Assembly (NCBI GenBank): GCA_963823665.1
Contig: CAWGMQ010000002.1
Location: forward strand, 160,001-224,000
DNA length: 64,000 nucleotides
Reading direction: 5' to 3'
From: an uncultured Planctomycetota bacterium
GTDB lineage: Bacteria > Planctomycetota > Planctomycetia > Isosphaerales > Isosphaeraceae
Shown here piece by piece: positions 55,116-63,087 of the stretch (position 1 is its first letter; every line of letters begins with the position of its first letter). The notes beneath the pieces are model-generated. The model saw only the letters and a list, made by a program, of their open reading frames with translations, made no database searches and had not been told where the DNA came from. A program made the translations under genes and the position numbers.

Positions 55116-55385
55116 TCACAGCTTCTGTCCGGCTTTCTTGAGCGCGAGGATGGCGTGGGCCTTTAAGATCGAGAGTAGATTGTCCGCCTGGACGTACGAT
55201 TCTAAGTCGATCAACTCTTCAGCCGTGATCCGCCCTTTCTGCTGCTGCGCCAGTAGCGTGTGCATTCGCTTCTTGTCCGCTTCCTTGATGCCCAGACCGA
55301 GAATGAACCTCGCACCTTCTGGGGGAAAATCCCTACCCTTGACTTCGAGAGCGCGGCTCAGAACCGTTGCACCGTTCTTCTTCAA
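55116..55385 (-). CDS. Small hypothetical protein (antitoxin-like partner upstream of the HNH gene)
   Basis: FPPEGARFILGLGIKEADKKRMHTLLAQQQKGRITAEELIDLESY...LLSILKAHA; ends 3 nt before the HNH ATG. Start uncertain (TTG). Confidence 0.6.
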   Translation of the reverse strand: MKKNGATVLSRALEVKGRDFPPEGARFILGLGIKEADKKRMHTLLAQQQKGRITAEELIDLESYVQADNLLSILKAHAILALKKAGQKL

Positions 55386-55588
55386 TGGTCCGAGCTCCGG
55401 CCAAATGGGTTTCGTCTTGAATAACATTTCCTCATCGAGGTTATCATACATCGCGACGTTCCACCATGACGATTGCTTGCCCCATCGCGTCGACATGTCC
55501 ATTTTAGTCCGTGGCACCTTGAACACGGCTTCGCCCCGTCATCCGACTGTTACCCAACCTGGAACCGACGGCTTCGAATTGCCCCCAA

Positions 55589-56155
55589 TCACTCCCTCCC
55601 AACCCCAAGCGCATCTGCCACCCGATTAATATAATTAAACCAAGAAGCAATCAGCGTGATCTGCAAAATCCCCCGATCATCAAACCCAGCCGCTCGCAGT
55701 CGCTCATGATCGCGCGGCGAGACCTTGGTCGCATCTTTTGTCAACTTCACCACATAATCGACCATCACCCGCTCCGCCTCGGTGATCGGTGCCGTTTGAT
55801 AATTCTCTTTGAGCGCCTCGATGAGCGCATCATCCAGAGTCACCCGACGCAGAAACTCTGCGTGAGAGACAATTCAGTAATGGCACTTATTTGTCAGCGA
55901 GACCATCGTCGCGATCATCTCGTGCCCCCGGCGCGAGAGCGGCAGCTCCGGCGACATGAGAGCGCCGAAGGTCGAAAACGCATGATGGAGCGCCTGCGGA
56001 ATCAGCGTGTGTGAGGCCACGATCCCCGGCAGGCCCTGATCAAGCTCCTGCACCGGCTGTGAGTACTCAACGGGATAGAGCCCCCGTTGATCCGCCATCG
56101 CCTTGAGCAACTTCTCGTCCGCGTCTTCCAGTGGAACGGTACGAATCCAGGCCAT
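55589..56155 (-). CDS. AhpD/carboxymuconolactone-decarboxylase-like peroxidase, probable selenoprotein (CxxU, UGA at 55874-55876)
   Basis: ORFs 55874..56155 and 55589..55843 are in the same frame, separated by one TGA: ...[31 protein letters not shown]...DYVVKLT...[18 protein letters not shown] hairpin follows the UGA. Confidence 0.85.
55839..55873 (-). promoter_or_regulatory. Candidate bacterial SECIS element
   Basis: UGA-AUUGUCUCUC-ACGCAGA-GUU-UCUGCGU-CGGGUGAC: perfect 7-bp upper stem, G as first loop base 17 nt after the UGA, and an imperfect lower stem. Confidence 0.7.
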
Positions 56156-56176
56156 CGTAGTTACCTCATGTCATTG

Positions 56177-57718
56177 TCAAGAGTGAGCGCCGATCGAGGG
56201 CACCGAAGGTTTTTCGTCAAGTGTCGAGTCCGGGTTCATCATCTCGGTCGCCGGATCAGAGGAATCACTCCCAGTCGCCGCGCCGCGATCCGGGATCACC
56301 CAACCCGCAATGGGAATCCCAAGCACGACGACCATCAACCCGGCTACTGACGGCGGCACGCTGAGCAACCTCCACACAATATCGCGCCAGGGAGAGCCAG
56401 CCGCCAGCATGCGAGCCGTCTCCATGCTCCACCCGCTGCCGGCAATGTCTCTTGCGGTCTGCAAGAGTATCACGGCGACGATGGGAAGCAAAAAGAGCAG
56501 GGGAGAGATTGGGTAGCCCGGCGGTGCAAGTGATCGTTCGCGCGGGTGGCGCCTATGCAGGACGAAGATCCCCACCACGGTGAACGCCAGGAAAACAAGC
56601 GTGGGCACCATGAAGTACGCCAAGATCTGCCCGAAGCTGCCGGAGAGTGCCAGCGCAGTGGCAAGCGTGGTCTGCACCAAGGTGGCGCGGGCAGGAACGT
56701 CGCGCCGCGGGTCAACAGCCCCGAAGCTCGCGAAAAAGACTCTATCCCGCGCCATGGCAAAATAAACGCGTGGCGCGGCCATGAGTATGGCCGCCAGGCT
56801 TCCAGCCACCGAGATCAACACGACAAGTGAAAAGATAACCTCACCCCACCGTCCGAAGAGCGCATCGCCGGCAAGTGCGGCGAATGCTGTTTCCTTTGCG
56901 CTCGCGATTCGCTCAGGTGCGACGAGGTAAAGAAACACCAGGCTCACCGCAACGTACACGACCGTGACGATCGAAACCCCGAGCACCAAGGCACGCGGCA
57001 TCGTGCGCTTCGGGTCGCGAACCTCACCGGTGATCTTGCTCGCATCCCACCATCCTGCAAATGAAAAGAACGCGCCGACCAGAGCAAATCCCAGCGCGGG
57101 GCCCAGCGGATCCGATCCAGGTCTTTGCGACCAGAACGGTGACAGGTTATTCCATTCGCCCCGGCCCAGGCCGAAGCCCCATAGTACGAGAAAACCAAGT
57201 AACCCCAACTTCAGCGCGGCCAGCGCCCCCATGACCCGTGAACCGGGGGAGATGCCAAGCATGTGCACAGCCGCAAGCATAATGATCGACCCGACTGCGA
57301 CGGACTTCTGCCCCCACGGCGCAAGCGGTAGAAGATGCCCCGCATAATCGGCCAAACCCACGGCTAGCATCGCAGTCAGGCCTGGATCCGTGACCAGCAG
57401 GGACAGCCACCCGTAGAGAAACGCCATTCGCTTGCCGAAGATCTCGCGCAAGTAAACATACGTGCCACCTGCTTCCGGGTAGCGAGCCGCCAATGATCCA
57501 TAACAGAATGCGCCGCCGACCGTGGCCACAGCCATCGTCAGCCAGACCACCAAGAGCCAAAATGGTGACCCGAGTGATTTGGCCATACCGGCCGGAGTCA
57601 AAAAGATCCCAACGCCAATAACGTTCCCGACAATGAGCGCAGTCGCCGTAGCCAGCCCTAACCGGCGCGGTAGACTCGACCTTTCACCAGCTTCTGTAGC
57701 CTCGTTTGCGTTCGTCAT
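56177..57718 (-). CDS. APC-family (LAT/SteT-like) amino acid permease
   Basis: LPRRLGL...[52 protein letters not shown]. Confidence 0.92.
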   Translation of the reverse strand: MTNANEATEAGERSSLPRRLGLATATALIVGNVIGVGIFLTPAGMAKSLGSPFWLLVVWLTMAVATVGGAFCYGSLAARYPEAGGTYVYLREIFGKRMAFLYGWLSLLVTDPGLTAMLAVGLADYAGHLLPLAPWGQKSVAVGSIIMLAAVHMLGISPGSRVMGALAALKLGLLGFLVLWGFGLGRGEWNNLSPFWSQRPGSDPLGPALGFALVGAFFSFAGWWDASKITGEVRDPKRTMPRALVLGVSIVTVVYVAVSLVFLYLVAPERIASAKETAFAALAGDALFGRWGEVIFSLVVLISVAGSLAAILMAAPRVYFAMARDRVFFASFGAVDPRRDVPARATLVQTTLATALALSGSFGQILAYFMVPTLVFLAFTVVGIFVLHRRHPRERSLAPPGYPISPLLFLLPIVAVILLQTARDIAGSGWSMETARMLAAGSPWRDIVWRLLSVPPSVAGLMVVVLGIPIAGWVIPDRGAATGSDSSDPATEMMNPDSTLDEKPSVPSIGAHS

Positions 57719-57738
57719 GTTTCCTCGACGCAAGATCA

Positions 57739-57762
57739 CCCTTTGACGTCACGATCAAAGGG
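57739..57762. terminator. Hairpin between the DUF1559 gene and the permease gene
   Basis: CCCTTTGA-N8-TCAAAGGG inverted repeat right after the corrected DUF1559 stop; weak U-tract. Confidence 0.35.
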
Positions 57763-57763
57763 C

Positions 57764-58832
57764 TCAGTAATCCGAGCCGCCCACGATCTCCCCGCCATTC
57801 CGCGTGCTCAAAGCTGCGCCAGATCGGCAGCGACACCGAATCTTTGATGAAACGAACCGAGCCGTCACCAAACGCGACATTGACTCCTGCTGGGTGCATG
57901 CTCGAAGGCGGGAGCTGAACCGCCATGTTGGCCATCGAGCCTCCCATCATCATGCTGCCGCCCATCGAGGCACAGGTCCTCGTGTTCGGCGTCCCAACGT
58001 GGTTATAAGTCGTGCACGTCATGTCGCCGATGCACCAGGCCGCCCCCATCCAGCTCGTCAGCGGCATGGCCATTGTCATGTCGAGCAAGGTGCAGTTCTG
58101 CCAGGTCTGGTCGATGGTCATGGCGCTGTTCATCATATACATGTCATTCTTGATGTCGGGCGATCCCTGGCCGCGCCGCCGTTCGCTCAGAAAGGCCGTC
58201 TGACTGGTGCCATCAGTCATACTCGCCAGGTTGATGCAGCTTCGGTTATAGAGCGGCCCCTGAGGAAGATAACCCGGTGCAACGGTGCTGGGCGTTTGCT
58301 GGCACGCGTCGCACAGCCACGACCCTTCATTTCCGTAGTAATTGTTGCCGCCGTTCCAGCCGGCTGGGCTGATTGACCCGGCCGGATCCGACGGGCAAAC
58401 GAACGCGGCGATCGCGATGCGGCAGACGGTGCTGTTCTCACGATTGGGATCCTGAAACGCCATCATGAATCCCATGTTGTAGGAATCCATGTTGGGGATC
58501 TCCGGCGGCAGATTGAAGTTGGTCGCGTTGAACAGGCTCGACTGCTCGATATACCCCAGGATCTGGCTGTGGGTCGACCACCGGGCCGAGACCGGCGCGT
58601 TCATGACCTCCGTCATGTAGTTGTCTCCCTTGCCGAACGGAAGGGACCGGAGCGCGTTCTCGTAATTGGCAACCGCGAGTAGGAACTGCTTGAGGTTGTT
58701 CGTGCACTGGATGCGGCGAGCAGCCTCCCGTGCCGATTGCACGGCCGGCAAAAGCAAGGCGATCAGCACCGCAATGATGGCGATGACGACCAGAAGCTCG
58801 ATCAAGGTGAACGCAGAACGACGGGAATTCAT
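57764..58832 (-). CDS. DUF1559 prepilin-type (type IV pilin-like N-terminus, H-X9-DG C-terminus) protein, Met-rich; 1-nt frameshift near 57811
   Basis: [76 protein letters not shown]. Removing one T from TTT restores [19 protein letters not shown]. Confidence 0.92.
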
Positions 58833-58982
58833 GGAATCCTCTCCTCTCGAATGATCGATATGATGATAATAAAATCTGTCTGGGTGAACGCGCAGCGCCC
58901 CGCGATCATGCAACACAGACCGCGCGCCGTTATGGCGAATAAACCGGTTCATCCGGCACGAGCGCGCCGATTAAGACCGACG

Positions 58983-59050
58983 CCCCGAAGGGGCTCAACA
59001 ACATAGCCCAGGGCAACGTCCTGGGTTCCCCACCCAACGCCCTGGGTTCC
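58983..59050. repeat. REP-like palindromic element
   Basis: CCCCGAAGGGG hairpin, ATAGCCCAGGGCAACGTCCTGGG hairpin, and a second partial CAACGCCCTGGGTTCC copy. Confidence 0.55.
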
Positions 59051-59054
59051 GCGC

Positions 59055-59492
59055 TCAGACCGGAGGAGGATGAAAAATGGACGGCCGCGCGCTCCGCGAC
59101 CGCGGTGTCACCTCGCCCGGCACTGCCTCCATCGAAACGGTGACTCGGTTAAAGAGTGCCGCCGCGAGGTCTCCCCAGTGATCAGACCCCTCGGAGCTCG
59201 GAGACGTGCTTGGACTTGGAACAGGGGGAACCTGCCCGGAACAACTCAGGCCCGAGCAGGGCCGTTGCATCGGTGAACGCGATGGGTGCACCAGATCTCC
59301 GGAATCCAGAGAGGCCAGGTCGCCCACGATCAGACGATCAAGCTGATTCCAATCGAGCGGCCGAGCCGACTTCGACGCGACCAGATGATTGCATTCGGCG
59401 CGTGCCGCCCGGGGCGCAGCGTGCGAGAGCACCAGGAGCAGCAGAACGGCTGCTCCCCACTTCGCCACAGGCTTGACGAAAGCTGCTCTCAT
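59055..59492 (-). CDS. Putative secreted leader / ribosome-arrest peptide (signal peptide, CxxxxC, C-terminal IFHPPPV)
   Basis: Signal-like KWGAAVLLLLVLSHAAPRAARA-EC, PCSGLSCSG, Pro/Ser-rich spacer, ending RPSIFHPPPV*. Lies upstream of and co-directional with the DUF1559 gene. Confidence 0.65.
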   Translation of the reverse strand: MRAAFVKPVAKWGAAVLLLLVLSHAAPRAARAECNHLVASKSARPLDWNQLDRLIVGDLASLDSGDLVHPSRSPMQRPCSGLSCSGQVPPVPSPSTSPSSEGSDHWGDLAAALFNRVTVSMEAVPGEVTPRSRSARPSIFHPPPV

Positions 59493-59603
59493 CTGCGCCG
59501 CTACCGGATGTCTACTCTTCGAGCGGGAGAGCCGCTTCCCGCTTTGGTTGATCGTCAGACGGGGATGCGCCACACGGCACAAAACGTGGAATCAATCCAG
59601 ATT

Positions 59604-59633
59604 AAGATATACGCCGGGATCATCGCGTTGCAA
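59604..59633 (-). promoter_or_regulatory. Candidate sigma70 promoter for the leader ORF
   Basis: TTGCAA-18 nt-TATCTT on the minus strand, about 110 nt upstream of the ATG at 59492. Confidence 0.35.
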
Positions 59634-59646
59634 GCCGGTTTGCTAG

Positions 59647-61114
59647 CTAGCCGATATACCCCAGACCGCTTAATCGCTCGCGGACAATCGTCTCATCGTC
59701 CGATGTGTAATCTCCATTCGGCAATTCACCAATATGTTGACCGGCCGACCAGAGACCGCCCCTGCATCGAAGACGGGATCTCGTATCCCCCCAGCTCCAT
59801 GAGCGTGGGTGCAATGTCCAGCAGCCGTGCCCCGCTGATTTCACCCTGAAGCGGGCTGTTGGAGGCCGCCAGGATGAACGAACCAAACTGGGCGTGGTTG
59901 CAGTCGTCCGGCCCCGTGTCATTTTCAAGGACGTGAATCGTCGGATAACCCACCCCGCCGATCGATCGCCAGTAGAGAGCGCCAAAGTGCACGATCAGGT
60001 CGGGCGCGACGTTTTGCACGCTCTTGTAAATCTCTTCCGGCTTGAAGACCAGGGTTCCGAGAGGTTTGCCCGCGGGATCGACTGTTGCCTCGAACTTCAC
60101 TTTGATCTCATCGCGGAATGGCTCGTACTCGCTTGGATCAATCAACCCCTGGGGCTCTCTCCCCTTGACATTCATGAAAACGCGGGCGTAATAGCCTCCC
60201 TCGCTCCACACCCTGGTCTTCTCCCAATCCACGTCAAGCCTCGCGAACGGAGTCACCTCCTTGGGATAACTCTTGAGCACGAGCAACCCTTCACGCACCA
60301 GCCATTCGTTCACGCAAAAGCCGCCATCGAGCCGCTGCGCGCCATGGTCGGACACGATCAGCACGATCGTGTCGTCGCTCAAGAGCTCGAGAACCCGCCC
60401 GATCTCCGCGTCGATATGCCGGTAATAGTCGTGGATTGTGTCGCGGAACGGGCTGTCGCTCTCGTGCAGAACGTGCAGCGGGTCGTGGTATTTCCAGAAC
60501 CCATGATGGATGCGGTCCTGCCCGATATCGACAAAATGGAAATAATCCCACGGCTCATTCGCAAGCAGATGCCGCACCACCTCGAACTGCACCCGGCTCA
60601 TGGCGAAGATCTCGTCCCGCAGCCAGGCCTTGTTGTCCGTCCGGAAGCCCCGCACGTCGACGGGATAATGTCCCACGAGCTGACGGATTTTCTCCGAAAG
60701 CTCAGGTGGATGTGTGAAGATGTTCTTGTCGGTATCAGGCGTCAAGAAACAGCTCACGCTGATGCCGTTGATTCGCCGCGGTGGGTAGCCGGGTGGAATG
60801 CCGACGATGATCGACCGCTTGCCTTCGCGCGCCAGATGGTCCCAGATCGCCGGCGCGGTGATCGAGCGCGCCCCAGCGATTTTCAGGCCGTCGTAAGAGT
60901 GATCGGCTCGATTACGGAAGCCGTAGATACCCAGCGTGCCGGGGTCTTGGCCCGTTGTCATGCACATCCAGGCAGGAACTGTGATCGGTGGGATCACGCT
61001 TTCCAGGCGTCCATAGGCCCCGGCGTCCATCAACCGCCTTATGTTCGGTAAATCCTCATACCCGAAGAGAAGCTCGGGCGCGGCACAGTCGAGCCCCAGT
61101 ACCAAGATCTTCAT
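59647..61114 (-). CDS. AlkP-superfamily type I phosphodiesterase/nucleotide pyrophosphatase-like protein; 1-nt frameshift near 59745
   Basis: MKILVLGLDCA, SVIPPITVPAW, DRIHH, VSDHG, DDCNH. The family-typical tail YTSDDETIVRERLSGLGYIG* is in the shifted frame, ending at 59647. Confidence 0.88.
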
Positions 61115-62964
61115 GATAAAAGCGAGTCTCCTTCCATCGCCGGCCCCTTGGGCACACCCAGAGCAGCCAAGATCGACGGCGCCAGGTCAAGCAGCCGAGC
61201 GCCCTCACGACGAAACGGCCTGTTCATGAATAAGACGCCCGGAACCCGATCGGGGTCGATGATGTGGTCGCCACTCCACTTCTTTGTGTTGTCTTCAAGC
61301 TGAGATTCCGCGATACCCCCCATCGACGACGACCACGAAACCCGATACCCGGGTGCAAAATCCACCAGCATGTCGGGCGCTTCCTCGACGAAGGCCCCGT
61401 GATATACAGCTTCGCGCGGCTGCACGCGCACAATCGCGGTGCAATTACTGCGTTCAGGGTCCACCAGTCCGCTCAACCCTTGCCCGATCGCGGCCTTGAC
61501 CGAGCCCGCGTCGTCGCAATGAACGATGCCCTGAGCCTCACGTCCTTTGAGATTCAAATAGATTCCACTGAGCCCGATGGCATAAGCACGCGTATGCGTC
61601 CAATCGACGTGTCGCAAGTAATCGCCCGCGGCTTCTCCTGGTTCAATACCGGGCTCGAGCGCCAGGAAACCGCAGTCGAGCAGCCACTTGTTCAGATGAA
61701 CCCCGCGCTCGAAGTTATTGAATCCGTGGTCGGAGAGCGCGATGAAAAGCGTTTCGTCGTCGCTGAATTCAAGTGCCTTGCCGACGATCGCGTCGCAACG
61801 ACGGTACGCGTCGTCGATGGCGTGCGCGAAGTCAGGCTCCGGCGGCCTACCGCGGAGAGCTGGATGGCCGCTCTGGCGATATCGCCAGAACAGGTGCTGG
61901 ATCCGGTCCGGCGTATCGAACAAGCAGTAAAAGAACCCCGATCGAAACGAGTCGAGCTCGTGCAGCATCATCGCCTCGCGATCGCGCCAGGCGATCGCGC
62001 ATTGATCCAGAAACGCCTCCTCCGAGATTCTCTCGTTGTTCAGCCCGGCGTGATCCTCGACCATCCCGGTCGTGTAATAAAGGCCGATCCGCGCAGCCAG
62101 GTCTCCTGCATACTCGGGAGGATCGCTGATCGGAAAAAAAGGTGCATCGGGATCGAAGTTCACCGGCGAGGCGTAAACCGCCAGATCCGGTTCGATCCGC
62201 ACCACATGAAACCGAACAATTCCTCGAATGGACTGCAGCAACCCCAGCTTGAACTTCACCCGAACCCAGTCGCTGAACCCGCCCTGCTTGACGACAAGCT
62301 CCCGCGGTGTGCCTTCCGACGAAACGATGATTCGCTGCGCCTCGCGATCCACTCGAAACGTGATCTCGACGCGCAGATCACCACGCGTCTTGGGATTGCG
62401 CGGACCAATCACGTACGTCGAGTAAGTCCCGTCTGCTCCAGGCTCGATCCGGACAACGTGTTCACTCTCGCGCGGCTGCACTCCTTTGCTCGTCGTATAA
62501 AACGTCCCGGTTCCCAGACCGCCTCTCAAATCCGGTACGCCCATTCCGGAGAGCATTCGCCCGCGCGTGGCGTCCGGCGGGAAAGTACACGGACAGCGCA
62601 GGATCGTCGAGCCGATGCCCGCTGACTTGAGAAGATCCCAGAGCGGAACTCCGCGGCGCAAGTTCACGGCTTTGGGCGGCAGGAACGCATTCTTCTGCTC
62701 GTACCGATTCAAGCCGAAATCCGGCAGATAGGTTCTGGGATCGCGGCGCAGGAAGTCGAAGATTCCATGTCCTCCCGGGTTGGTCCCTGTTGCGAACGTG
62801 GACCAGGCAACCGGGGTCTGGGCCGGGCGAGTGGTGGCAACCCGAGCAAACCCGCCTCGTTCTTTCAGTCGAGCCAGGTTGGGCAGTTGGCCCGCGTCCA
62901 GCAATCCCGTCACGATGCCGGGGTCAAGTCCGTCCATCCCGAGGACGATGACCTTCTTGATGAT
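61111..62964 (-). CDS. AlkP-superfamily type I phosphodiesterase/nucleotide pyrophosphatase-like protein
   Basis: KKVIVLGMDGLDP, PAQTPVAWSTFATGTNPGGHGIFDF, DRIQH, LSDHGF, WSGDH. The conserved N-terminus extends upstream of the ATG at 62937 to an ATC that follows GGGAGG. Confidence 0.88.
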   Translation of the reverse strand: MIKKVIVLGMDGLDPGIVTGLLDAGQLPNLARLKERGGFARVATTRPAQTPVAWSTFATGTNPGGHGIFDFLRRDPRTYLPDFGLNRYEQKNAFLPPKAVNLRRGVPLWDLLKSAGIGSTILRCPCTFPPDATRGRMLSGMGVPDLRGGLGTGTFYTTSKGVQPRESEHVVRIEPGADGTYSTYVIGPRNPKTRGDLRVEITFRVDREAQRIIVSSEGTPRELVVKQGGFSDWVRVKFKLGLLQSIRGIVRFHVVRIEPDLAVYASPVNFDPDAPFFPISDPPEYAGDLAARIGLYYTTGMVEDHAGLNNERISEEAFLDQCAIAWRDREAMMLHELDSFRSGFFYCLFDTPDRIQHLFWRYRQSGHPALRGRPPEPDFAHAIDDAYRRCDAIVGKALEFSDDETLFIALSDHGFNNFERGVHLNKWLLDCGFLALEPGIEPGEAAGDYLRHVDWTHTRAYAIGLSGIYLNLKGREAQGIVHCDDAGSVKAAIGQGLSGLVDPERSNCTAIVRVQPREAVYHGAFVEEAPDMLVDFAPGYRVSWSSSMGGIAESQLEDNTKKWSGDHIIDPDRVPGVLFMNRPFRREGARLLDLAPSILAALGVPKGPAMEGDSLLS

Positions 62965-63087
62965 GGCAACCTCCCTGTTGTATCAATGATCGCGGAATCC
63001 CGGGCGCACTCACTCCGTTCCAGATACCAAATAACGCATCGTCTGCCCAGCCGAGTCAAGCCCTGAATCCGGGTGAAGGAGCCAACC

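Noticed and set aside
58983..59050. CRISPR-like repeat
   Set aside because: Only two partial copies, with no regular spacers and no cas genes. It fits a REP-like palindrome better.
59894..62625. Long plus-strand ORFs (385 aa, 453 aa) and similar antisense ORFs across the window
   Set aside because: They are shadow frames of well-supported opposite-strand genes in GC-rich DNA and carry no recognisable motifs.
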